Positions 20,277 through 28,775 are shown, numbered from the stretch's first letter. The stretch: 64,000 bases of DNA from an uncultured Thermoanaerobaculia bacterium (GCA_964565225.1 CAZMEL010000007.1:439-64438), one strand, 5' to 3'. Numbers and translations are program-made. The notes: generated by a model not told the origin, from the letters alone.

Positions 20277-20839
20277 CGTCCTTCCTCCACGAGCATTTCC
20301 CGAAGCATTCGTCTCGCCTTCTTCAGCCGTTTGCGAATCGCGGCTCCCGATACCTGTTCCGAGCGAGCGATCTCTTCGACCGACCTCTCCGCCCAGAACC
20401 GTGCCGTCACGGTGAACCGCAGGGTCTCGGGAAGCTCGAGAATCGCTCGCCGCAATCGGGCGGCCGATTCGCGCCGATCGGCGAGCTCCTCGGGCCCGGG
20501 AGAGGGATCCCGGGTCTCGCGCTCGGAACCGTCGACCGGCACGAGGCGCACCGGCCGGCGGATGTGGTTCAAGAAGGTGTTGTAGGCGATCCGGTAGAGC
20601 CAGGTGGAGAATCGGGCTCGGTGGTCGAAGCTGGCCAGGGCCTTCCAGGCCTTGCGGTACGTTTCCTGCGTCAGGTCGGCAGCGAGCTCGGCCTGGCCGC
20701 CGCAGAGCCGGAACAGGGCCCCGTAGATCGAGGAGTAGGTCGCATCGACCAGTTGCTCGGCGGCGGCGCGATTTCCCGCCGCCAAGGACGCGAGCATCTC
20801 TTCTTCCGTTGCCGCTCGTTGGGAAGGGTTGCCGGACAT
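20273..20839 (-). CDS. ECF sigma-70 factor
   Basis: AADLTQETY..FSTWLYRIAYN; region 4 VEEIARSEQVSGAAIRKRLKKAR. Alternative start at 20875. Confidence 0.9.
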   Translation of the reverse strand: MSGNPSQRAATEEEMLASLAAGNRAAAEQLVDATYSSIYGALFRLCGGQAELAADLTQETYRKAWKALASFDHRARFSTWLYRIAYNTFLNHIRRPVRLVPVDGSERETRDPSPGPEELADRRESAARLRRAILELPETLRFTVTARFWAERSVEEIARSEQVSGAAIRKRLKKARRMLREMLVEEGR

Positions 20840-20956
20840 GGCGGTCAGGAGCCGAAGATCGGGTTGCGCTTGCATGACATTTCTTTGGACCCTCCTCCGG
20901 TCGATTCCGCAACCCGTTTCTCGAAATCATTCCACCAGCTGATAGATTCCGCGGCC

Positions 20957-21973
20957 ATGATCGAGCCCGACACTCTCCTGATCGATCTCCACCGGCACCT
21001 GGAAGGAACGGTGGAGCTGGAAACGATTCTAGAGCTCGCGGACCTTCACGATATCCCGATCCCCGCCCGGTCGGTGGAGGAGCTGCGGCCGCTGGTGCAG
21101 GTGGAAGGAGCGGAGGACGATCTGCGGGCGTTCCTGGCCCGCTTTCGCTGGATCATGGCGGTGCTGGCCGATCTCGATGCCTGCCGCCGACTCGCCCACG
21201 AGAACGTACGCCGCGGCGCGGAGGAGGGCCTGGACTACCTGGAGCTTCGATTCAGCCCCTGGTTCATGGCCGAAGCCCACGCCCTCGAGCCCGCCGCGGT
21301 GGTGGAGGCGGTGGTCGACGGCGTCATCGCCGGGCGGCGTGATTTCGGTCTCGAGGTCTCTCTGATCGGGATCCTGAGCCGTACCTACGGACCCGAGACC
21401 TGCTCCCGGGAGCTCGACGCTCTGCTCGCCAGCAGCGAGCACCTGGCAGCGATCGACCTGGCGGGAGACGAGGTGGGATTCCCGGCACCGATGTTTCGCG
21501 AGCACTTTCGCCGAGCGCGCGAGCTCGGCCTGGGGATCACGGTGCATGCCGGGGAGGCGGCCGGCGCCCACAGCGTGTGGGCGGCGATCGAGGAGCTGGG
21601 AGCCCAGCGCATCGGACACTGTGTCCGGGCGATGGACGATCCGGCGCTGCTCGACCGCCTCGCGGAGCGGAGAATCGGCCTGGAGGTGAACCTCACCAGC
21701 AACGTCCAGACCCGAGCGGTCGATGGCTACGAATCCCACCCGATGGCCATGTTTCTCGAGCGCGGCCTTCTCGCCAGCCTCAATACCGACGACCCGACCC
21801 TGAGCGGAATCGACCTCCGTCACGAGCTCGAGGTCGCGGCGCCGAGGGCCAGGCTCGGCCCGGAGCAGATCCGGCAAGCCGGCCAGAACGCCCTCGAGAT
21901 GGCGTTCCTACCCCCGGAGACCAAGCGCAAGATCTCCGAACGCGCGGCCCGGAGAGCCGCGGCGGGCGGCTGA
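20957..21973 (+). CDS. add: Adenosine/adenine deaminase
   Basis: DLHRHLEG, TVHAGE, RIGHC, E in LEVNLTSN, and NTDDP metal ligands. Confidence 0.92.
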   Translation: MIEPDTLLIDLHRHLEGTVELETILELADLHDIPIPARSVEELRPLVQVEGAEDDLRAFLARFRWIMAVLADLDACRRLAHENVRRGAEEGLDYLELRFSPWFMAEAHALEPAAVVEAVVDGVIAGRRDFGLEVSLIGILSRTYGPETCSRELDALLASSEHLAAIDLAGDEVGFPAPMFREHFRRARELGLGITVHAGEAAGAHSVWAAIEELGAQRIGHCVRAMDDPALLDRLAERRIGLEVNLTSNVQTRAVDGYESHPMAMFLERGLLASLNTDDPTLSGIDLRHELEVAAPRARLGPEQIRQAGQNALEMAFLPPETKRKISERAARRAAAGG

Positions 21974-21975
21974 GC

Positions 21976-22956
21976 TCAACCCGCGACCACCGGCTCCGGC
22001 GTCGCTGCCGCGGAAACCACTCTTTCCCGGGTGTCGCTCTCCCACATGCCCGTGGAGCCATACCGCTCGCCGGTGTCGCTCAGGACCGTGACCGCCACCG
22101 CTGCCCGGGTCTCTTCGAGCACTCGCAGCGCGGCGTACACGTAGGCTCCGGAGGACGGACCGACGAAGAGGCCGCAGCGGGCCAGCTGGTGGCACACGGC
22201 CACGGAGTGGTCGATGGTGACGTCGATTCGCTGATCGATCAGGGAAGAATCGAGGATCTCCGGAACCAGATCTCCTGGGTGGCCCAGGGGTTTGAGCCCC
22301 TCGATTCCCGGAAAGATCTCGGGAATCACCGAGGCGATGTAGATCTTCGGATTCTCCTGCCGCAGGCGTCGACCCACCCCGGTGATGGTGCCCCCGGTGC
22401 CGACCCCGGCCACGAAGACGTCGGGCAGCTGGCCGGCGGCTTCCCGTACCTGCTCGGCGATCTCCTTGCCGGTGGTCTCGAAATGGGCCCGCCAGTTGTC
22501 TTCGTTGCTGTACTGGTTGCTGTACCAGTAGGTCTCGGGCTGCTCCTCCGCCATTCTCCGGGCGGTATGAACGGCGAAGTCGTATCCCTCGTTGGGGTCG
22601 GTCAACACCAGCTCGGCACCGTAGGCGCGTATTCTCTCCAATCGCTCGCGACTGGCATTGCCGGGTACCACCAGGGTAACGCCGACTCCGAGCGCTGCCC
22701 CGAACTGGGCGTAGGCGATGCCGGCGTTGCCCGAAGAGGAATCCAGCAGACGGCGTCCGTCGAGATCGCCGCGGGCCAGGGCCTGGGTGATCATGCGAGC
22801 GACCGGCCGATCCTTGATCGAGGCGCCGGGGTTACAGCTCTCGAGCTTCGCGAAGAGCCGGCTGCCCGGGGGCAGCGCGTCGTGGAGCGGAAGCTCGACG
22901 AGAGGAGTATTGCCTACGGATCGTAGAAGGTCTTCGGCTTGGATGGTTGGAGCCAT
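21976..22956 (-). CDS. cysM: PLP-dependent cysteine synthase (CysM type, probably sulfur-carrier dependent)
   Basis: KLESCNPGASIKDR (PLP lysine), SSGNAG, GVGTGGT; operonic with MoeZ and a ubiquitin-like carrier. Confidence 0.9.
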   Translation of the reverse strand: MAPTIQAEDLLRSVGNTPLVELPLHDALPPGSRLFAKLESCNPGASIKDRPVARMITQALARGDLDGRRLLDSSSGNAGIAYAQFGAALGVGVTLVVPGNASRERLERIRAYGAELVLTDPNEGYDFAVHTARRMAEEQPETYWYSNQYSNEDNWRAHFETTGKEIAEQVREAAGQLPDVFVAGVGTGGTITGVGRRLRQENPKIYIASVIPEIFPGIEGLKPLGHPGDLVPEILDSSLIDQRIDVTIDHSVAVCHQLARCGLFVGPSSGAYVYAALRVLEETRAAVAVTVLSDTGERYGSTGMWESDTRERVVSAAATPEPVVAG

Positions 22957-23010
22957 GGGTTCCCCCTCGGATGCACTTGGAATTGTCTCGATACGGCGGC
23001 AGGTGCTCGT

Positions 23011-24180
23011 TCAGATCGCCAGCGCGCAGGACGCAGCGTAGTCCACGTATTCGATGGGCTTGGCGTCGTCGCCGCAGCACGGGCACTCGGGATTGCGATC
23101 GATCTTGAGCTCGGTGAACTTCTGCTCCAGAGCATCGTAGACCACGAGACGCCCGACCAGCGGATCGCCGAGACCTAGCAATACCTTCACCGTCTCCACC
23201 GCCTCCAGGGTTCCGATGACGCCGGGCAAGATTCCAAGGACGCCGGCCTCGGCACAGGAGGGAGCCAGCTCCGGCGGCGGCGGCTCGGGGAAGAGGCAGC
23301 GGTAGCAGGGCCCCTGGCGGCCTTCGTAGGCCGGCCAGAACACGCTCAGCTGTCCATCGAAACGAAAGATCGAGCCGTGCACATTGGCGATGCCGTGTTT
23401 GACGCAGGCATCATTCACCAGGTAGCGGGTCGAGAAGTTGTCCGAGCCGTCGACCACGACGTCGACCCCGGCGATCAGGCGGTCGATGTTGGAGCTGTCC
23501 AGCCGCTCCTGGTGCGTGAGGATCCGGAGATCCGGATTCATCCCCAGCAGCGTCGCTTTGGCTGATTCGACCTTGGGTTTGCCGACGTTTTCGTCGGTGT
23601 GCAGGATCTGCCGCTGGAGGTTGCTGCGGTCCACCACATCGTCGTCGATCAGGACCAGAGTTCCGACTCCCGCGGCGGCGAGATAGAAAGCCGCCGGGGA
23701 GCCGAGCCCGCCGGCACCGACCATCAGAACCTTGCTGTCGAGCAGCCGAGCCTGCCCCTCCTCTCCGACCTCGGGAATCAGGAGGTGGCGTCCGTACCGC
23801 TCGCGTTCCCGATCGTTCAGGACCCGGGGAACCTCCACCGGCAGGCCCTCGTTCTTCCAGCCGTTGAAACCTCCGTCCATCGAGCGGACGTCCCGGTAAC
23901 CGAGCTCCTGGAGATCTCTACCCGCGAAGAGGGAGCGCGAGCCTCCGGCACACATCACCACGACGGGGGTGTCGAGATCGGCGACGCTGTCTTCGATCTT
24001 CAGCTCCAGGAAACCGCGAACGATACGCTCGGCTCCCGCCGGGCTCCCTGCGGCCACCTCGTCGGGCTCCCGGATATCGATCAGGGCGGCACCCCGGCTC
24101 TGGAGCTCGAAGGCCTCCATCGGGGAGACCTCGGGAACCGTCTCCTTCAGCTGTTGCAGGCGGCGTTGACGAGCGATCAT
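23011..24180 (-). CDS. moeB: Rhodanese-ThiF/MoeB fusion (MoeZ-like sulfur-carrier adenylyltransferase/sulfurtransferase)
   Basis: N-terminal rhodanese with CAGGSRS; RYGRHL, GAGGLGSP, DRSNLQRQ, CYRC and CPCC zinc sites. Confidence 0.93.
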   Translation of the reverse strand: MIARQRRLQQLKETVPEVSPMEAFELQSRGAALIDIREPDEVAAGSPAGAERIVRGFLELKIEDSVADLDTPVVVMCAGGSRSLFAGRDLQELGYRDVRSMDGGFNGWKNEGLPVEVPRVLNDRERERYGRHLLIPEVGEEGQARLLDSKVLMVGAGGLGSPAAFYLAAAGVGTLVLIDDDVVDRSNLQRQILHTDENVGKPKVESAKATLLGMNPDLRILTHQERLDSSNIDRLIAGVDVVVDGSDNFSTRYLVNDACVKHGIANVHGSIFRFDGQLSVFWPAYEGRQGPCYRCLFPEPPPPELAPSCAEAGVLGILPGVIGTLEAVETVKVLLGLGDPLVGRLVVYDALEQKFTELKIDRNPECPCCGDDAKPIEYVDYAASCALAI

Positions 24181-24461
24181 CGCCCACCTCCAGCCACCGC
24201 CGGCACGATGTGCAGGGTCGCTCCATCGGTCACGGCGGATCCGAGGCCGTCCAGCGAGCGCACGTTCTTGTCGTCGAGGTAGAGATTAACGAAGGCTCTG
24301 GGCTGCCCCTCGGCATCGAGAATCCGATCGAGGAGACCAGGATGGGCGGAACCGAGAGCCTGGAGAGCCTCTCCAACGGTTTTGCCTTCTGAGGCGACTT
24401 CGGCCGCCCCTCCCACCATCGGTCGCAGCGGGGCAGGAATACGAACATTCACTTGGCTCAT
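24177..24461 (-). CDS. MoaD/ThiS/CysO-like ubiquitin-fold sulfur carrier with extended C-terminus AVAGG-GR
   Basis: VRIPAPLR, FVNLYLDDKNVRSLDGL, IVPAVAGGGR then TGA, confirmed in the DNA; ATGA overlap with moeB. Confidence 0.92.
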   Translation of the reverse strand: MSQVNVRIPAPLRPMVGGAAEVASEGKTVGEALQALGSAHPGLLDRILDAEGQPRAFVNLYLDDKNVRSLDGLGSAVTDGATLHIVPAVAGGGR

Positions 24462-24533
24462 GAGGACGAAGCTCCTTTGTTTCGTTCGGGTTCCTCGAGC
24501 ATTGGCTCGATTTTCATTTCAATGACTCTTCTC

Positions 24534-25016
24534 TCAATGCAATGACTCTTCGATCAGAGCGCCTCCGACCCGGCGCCAGGAGCGAAAACGGGCGCTTCCC
24601 AGGGCGGGTACGGAAACCCTCAGGTAGGAAATCTCCTCCGGCACGTCCTGCGCTCGTACGTCTTCGGCCTCAGTGCAGCAGGACACGGCTCGCCAGACGC
24701 CGATCACCTCGAGACCCGCTGGTCCCAGGCTGTCCCGCGCTGCCTGCACGGCTTCGGGGCCCGGGAGCTGGCGTCCCTCCGGGAGGTCGGATGGGTCGAG
24801 GTAGGTCACTTGCTCGATCAGGTTTCGCTCACCGTCCCGATGCCCGATCAAGAAACCCGTGGATTCGAAAGGATACGAGATCTCCGCGAGGCTGGCGAGC
24901 TGGCGAGCGAGATGGCTGGGCAGTATCGACTCGGCCGAAGACCGGCCCAGAGCCTTGGACAGCTGGTCGCTGGCCGAGGCCATGAGCGGCTGAGACTCAC
25001 TGGATGGTACGCTCAT
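24534..25016 (-). CDS. JAB/MPN (Mec-like) domain protein lacking the JAMM zinc ligands
   Basis: YPFESTGFLIG, GLEVIGVW, SY and RSW..EE match the Mec/JAB scaffold, but HSH..S..D is replaced by RAVSCC. Confidence 0.75.
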   Translation of the reverse strand: MSVPSSESQPLMASASDQLSKALGRSSAESILPSHLARQLASLAEISYPFESTGFLIGHRDGERNLIEQVTYLDPSDLPEGRQLPGPEAVQAARDSLGPAGLEVIGVWRAVSCCTEAEDVRAQDVPEEISYLRVSVPALGSARFRSWRRVGGALIEESLH

Positions 25017-25054
25017 TTCAATCCCCTCTTCCAGATCTGAGACACGCAGGAACG

Positions 25055-25083
25055 AAAAAGGCCGCCGGATCTACCCGGCGGCC
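25055..25083 (-). terminator. Intrinsic terminator (attenuator) in the cysteine operon leader
   Basis: Minus strand GGCCGCCGG-GTAGAT-CCGGCGGCC followed by TTTTT, 38 nt upstream of the first operon ATG. Confidence 0.85.
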
Positions 25084-25144
25084 CTGGAAACAACCGCCGG
25101 GCTCAGGGCCCGGCGGTCGGTATCGTCGTTCTTCGGTCAGCGAA

Positions 25145-25246
25145 TCAACGTCCACACCTCGGCCAGGCCATAGTGCTCGCACAAGGACAACACGCACAGA
25201 GGCAGGCCAGAAGAAAACACGTAGGTTTGAAGGTTCGGTGAAGCAT
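25145..25246 (-). CDS. Cys-rich leader peptide (33 aa, 7 Cys)
   Basis: MLHRTFKPTCFLLACLCACCPCASTMAWPRCGR; GGGGA RBS; lies between a sigma70 promoter and the attenuator hairpins. Confidence 0.8.
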   Translation of the reverse strand: MLHRTFKPTCFLLACLCACCPCASTMAWPRCGR

Positions 25247-25264
25247 GGTCGTATCCCCGACTGA

Positions 25265-25294
25265 GTTATACGCCGACCCCGGGGGACCTGTCAA
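25265..25294 (-). promoter_or_regulatory. Sigma70 promoter TTGACA-N18-TATAAC
   Basis: Near-consensus -35 (25294-25289) and -10 (25270-25265), 18 nt upstream of the leader ATG. Confidence 0.85.
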
Positions 25295-25316
25295 CGGTTC
25301 GTTGCCGGCTTTCCTC

Positions 25317-26849
25317 TCACGCCGCCTTCTCTGCTCCACGGTTCAGAGACCATTTCAGGGCCAGCGGGGTCACCAGGGTCGTGACCATCACCATGATCAC
25401 GACCGCGGAGAAAATGCCTTCGGTTACCACGCCGAGGCCTTTGCCGATACTGGCGAAGATCAGCCCGACCTCTCCCCGGGGCGTCATGCCGAATCCGATC
25501 GACAGGCGGTCGAGGTCTTTACCTGCCGGCAGACCCGACACGACCTTGCCGATGACCGCCACGACCACGAACGCCGTGGCGAGGCCCAGGGTGCCTGGTT
25601 CCAGGAACGTGGCGAGGTTCACCTGCATGCCCATGAGCACGAAAAAGATGGGTGCAAAGATCGCTTCCAGAGGATCGACCATCTCTTCGATCGGATGCCG
25701 CCGATCTTTGAAGTGCTCCTCTTTGAGCAGCAACCCGGCGGCAAAGGCACCGACGATCGCCGCCAGCTCGATCTTGTTGGCCGCCCAGGACATGAAGAAC
25801 GCCAGCAGGAGCGGTAGCAGGAGCTTGCCATGGGGCCTCTGGAGCACGTCGACCGCCCTCGCCGTCCACCGCGAGAGCCGGTTGCCGAAGAGCAGGACGG
25901 CACCGAGGAAGGCGAAGGAGAGCCCGATGATGCGCAACACATGGAAGAGCTGGACATCCCCCGTCGACACGATTCCGACCACCACGGCGAGGATGATCAG
26001 ACCGAGGATGTCGTCGATCACGGCGGCACCCAGAATGATCTTTGCCTCCGGCGTGTGGAGACGGTGGAAATCCTTGAAGACCCGCGCCGTGATCCCGACG
26101 CTGGTGGCGGTCAACGTGGCGGCCAGGAAGAGATGGACCGCCTGCCCTTGATCGGGCAGGAGCCACAACGCGCTGAGGTACCCGAGGCCGAAGGGCGCGA
26201 AGATACCGACCAGGGCCACGGCGAGCGCGCGCTTGCCGACGCCGATCATCTCGTCGATGCTGGACTCGAGGCCGACCATGAACAGCAGCAGGATCACGCC
26301 GAGGTTCGAGAAGATCCAGATCGAGAAGGTCACGATCACGAAGATCGAGCCGTGAGGGCCGATCACCACCTCGAGAAGCCGGTCGCCGGCCTCCCCGGCG
26401 CTCAGCTGCTCCGCGCTCAGAACCCTTCGGGCCGCCTCGGAGACCGAGATGTTCTCGGCCCAGATGACCTGGAACATCTTCGACACCCAGTCCAGGTGCA
26501 TGATCAGAACCGCCAGAGGCTCGCGCAGGGCATACCCGATATTGCCCAGCACCACACCCACCACCAGCTCCCCGAGCACCGTCGGCTGGTCGAGGCGAGC
26601 CGCCAGGACTCGCCCGATGAGGGCCGCGAGCACCAGGACGGCGAGGCCGAAGAGGATCTCTACGAAGGGGTCGCTGTGGCCGCCCTCACCGCCGCCCGCG
26701 GCGGTTGCGGTCACCGGCCACAGGAACGCCGTAGCGAACGCGAAGAGACAGGCCACGAGCACCATCGGAACCGGCCTCGGAGCCGCTTCGCGGCGAGGCA
26801 TCCAGGTTCTTCCAGACTTTTTTTCGACGTTCCGGGAAGGCGTGAGCAT
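25317..26849 (-). CDS. CPA2-family cation:proton antiporter (NapA/Kef-like)
   Basis: VLGELVVGVVLG, LLLFMVGLES, ATSVGITARV, AAVIDDILG, GMTPRGEVGL; about 13 TM helices. Start uncertain. Confidence 0.9.
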   Translation of the reverse strand: MLTPSRNVEKKSGRTWMPRREAAPRPVPMVLVACLFAFATAFLWPVTATAAGGGEGGHSDPFVEILFGLAVLVLAALIGRVLAARLDQPTVLGELVVGVVLGNIGYALREPLAVLIMHLDWVSKMFQVIWAENISVSEAARRVLSAEQLSAGEAGDRLLEVVIGPHGSIFVIVTFSIWIFSNLGVILLLFMVGLESSIDEMIGVGKRALAVALVGIFAPFGLGYLSALWLLPDQGQAVHLFLAATLTATSVGITARVFKDFHRLHTPEAKIILGAAVIDDILGLIILAVVVGIVSTGDVQLFHVLRIIGLSFAFLGAVLLFGNRLSRWTARAVDVLQRPHGKLLLPLLLAFFMSWAANKIELAAIVGAFAAGLLLKEEHFKDRRHPIEEMVDPLEAIFAPIFFVLMGMQVNLATFLEPGTLGLATAFVVVAVIGKVVSGLPAGKDLDRLSIGFGMTPRGEVGLIFASIGKGLGVVTEGIFSAVVIMVMVTTLVTPLALKWSLNRGAEKAA

Positions 26850-26992
26850 TGGTGCCAGGATATCAGAAGAGCCGGCCGCTCCACCCGATCTCACTTGCTC
26901 CAGGGCTCGACCGGCCAGCTTCCGGGGCCGAATCCGCACTTCTCGGCCACCTGGCAGATTGCACGCGACCCGGAGACACGGGGAGGGCCAGC

Positions 26993-27604
26993 CTATTCGT
27001 CCCGGGCCGACCGGTAGTCGTCGAGGGCCTTCTCCACCATTCGCCGGGCCTCTTCGGCCCCGGCCCAACCCTTGATCTCGATCACCTTGCCGCTCTTGAG
27101 CTGCTTGTAGACGCGGAAGAACGCCTCGAGGCGTTTCTTGTCGTACTCGGGCAGATCACCGATGTCCCGGATCTCGTCGTAGCTCGGGTCGATCTTCGAC
27201 GCCGGAACGGCCACGATCTTGTCGTCCACCTCGCCGCCGTCGAGCATCTTCAGGATCGCCACCGGCCGAACCGCAACGATCACCCCGGGGTGTAGGGGCT
27301 CGCGGGTGTAGATCAAGACATCGAGAGGGTCTTCGTCGCCTCCCAGGCTCTGGGTGATGGAGCCGTAGTTGGCCGGATACGCCACCGGCATCCGAACGAA
27401 CCGATCGACCATCACATGACCCGTATCGGCGTCGATCTCGTACTTCGTGAAGCCACCGGCCGGAATCTCGTTGACCGCGTAGAATTCTTCGGGAGCCTTG
27501 TCGCTCTGGGGATAGTCGAAGGGATGGACCCAACCCGTCGCGTTGGCGTCCTTCGGAGCCAGAAGGCAGAGCAGTGCGAGACCCAGCAGACTTTTCATTT
27601 TCAT
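26993..27604 (-). CDS. ppa: Family I inorganic pyrophosphatase with N-terminal signal peptide
   Basis: EIPAGGFTKYE, YPANYG, DEDPLDV and DGGEVDDKIVAVP; preceded by MKMKSLLGLALLCLLAPKDANA and a GAGGAG RBS. Confidence 0.9.
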   Translation of the reverse strand: MKMKSLLGLALLCLLAPKDANATGWVHPFDYPQSDKAPEEFYAVNEIPAGGFTKYEIDADTGHVMVDRFVRMPVAYPANYGSITQSLGGDEDPLDVLIYTREPLHPGVIVAVRPVAILKMLDGGEVDDKIVAVPASKIDPSYDEIRDIGDLPEYDKKRLEAFFRVYKQLKSGKVIEIKGWAGAEEARRMVEKALDDYRSARDE

Positions 27605-27701
27605 TTCTCCTCGGGAAATCGTAGTAGCACGGGAAGCCACGGGCACGGATACCAGCCTGCCCGAGGCGCATCAAGATTCGATGAAGGAGCCGTGAAGGAG
27701 G

Positions 27702-28775
27702 TCAGATCCGGCCGGAGCCCACAGCCTCGGCACCCACCCGGCCCAGCAGAGCGACCATCTGGTCGAGATGGGCGAACCGCGGGTCGCGGGTGAATCCCTT
27801 GGCATAACGGAAGTAGATCTGCTGCACGATCACGGCCAGCTTGAAGAGGCCGAAGGCGAAGTAGAAGGTGAGGTGACCGGAAGGAGGCTCGTGACCGGTG
27901 GCCTCGAAGTATCGGTCCGCCAGCTGCTGACGGGTCCAGGAGCCGGGGATGGCGGTCGGGCCGAACGCGGCCTGGCGAAAGGCCGGGGGGTCCTCGGCCT
28001 CGACCCAGTAGGCGAGGGTGGTGCCGAGGTCCAGCAGCGGATCTCCGATCGTACACATCTCCCAGTCGAGCAGGCCGACGATTCGCGTAGGATCGGCGGG
28101 ATCCAGCACCAGGTTGTCGTATTTGTAGTCGTTGTGAACGAGCCCGGCGCCGGAATCCGGAGGCCGGTTCTCCAGCAACCAGGCGGCCACCGACTCCAGC
28201 TCGGGCCATTCGTGGGTCCTGGCCTTGCCATATCGGGAAGTCCAGCCCTCGACCTGGCGCTCCACGTAGCCTTCCGGGCGTCCCAGGTCTCCGAGTCCCG
28301 CCCCTTCGTAATCGAGGCCGTGCAGAGCCGCCAGGTTGTCGATCAACGCCCGGCACAACGCCCCGACCCGAGCCGGCTCCAGGTCCAGGCCCGGGGGCAG
28401 CTTCTTGCGCAGAATGATGCCGCGCCGCCGCTCCATGACATAGAAGGGCGCCCCGATCACTTTCTCGTCCTCACAGTAGAGATAGGGCCTCGGTGCCTGT
28501 GCGTAGACCCCCTGGAGCGCCGAGAGCACCTTGAACTCACGCCCCATGTCGTGGGCGCTCTTGACCCGATTCCCGAACGGCGGACGTCGCAGGACCAGCT
28601 CCAGATCTCCCGAACGCAAGAGGTAGGTCAGGTTCGAGTATCCGCCGGGAAACTGCTCGAGCACCAGCGGCCCGCGCAGCTCGGAAATCTCTCGTCGCAG
28701 ATACGGCTCCAGGCTCTCCAGGTCCAGGGTTTCCCCTTCGCGGGGCTCCCCGGCACGATCGGCCACATCACTCAT
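27702..28775 (-). CDS. Aminoglycoside-phosphotransferase-like kinase (ACAD10/11 N-domain type)
   Basis: QFPGGYSNLTY, VLRRPP, AHDMGRE, LVHNDYKYDN, LDWEMCTIGDPLLDL. Confidence 0.88.
   Translation of the reverse strand: MSDVADRAGEPREGETLDLESLEPYLRREISELRGPLVLEQFPGGYSNLTYLLRSGDLELVLRRPPFGNRVKSAHDMGREFKVLSALQGVYAQAPRPYLYCEDEKVIGAPFYVMERRRGIILRKKLPPGLDLEPARVGALCRALIDNLAALHGLDYEGAGLGDLGRPEGYVERQVEGWTSRYGKARTHEWPELESVAAWLLENRPPDSGAGLVHNDYKYDNLVLDPADPTRIVGLLDWEMCTIGDPLLDLGTTLAYWVEAEDPPAFRQAAFGPTAIPGSWTRQQLADRYFEATGHEPPSGHLTFYFAFGLFKLAVIVQQIYFRYAKGFTRDPRFAHLDQMVALLGRVGAEAVGSGRI

Noticed and set aside
25020-25300. SAM-I or other riboswitch upstream of the cysteine operon
   Set aside because: No SAM-I core sequences (AUC..GAG, GCAACC, GUGC) are visible; the leader-peptide attenuator explains all the stems.
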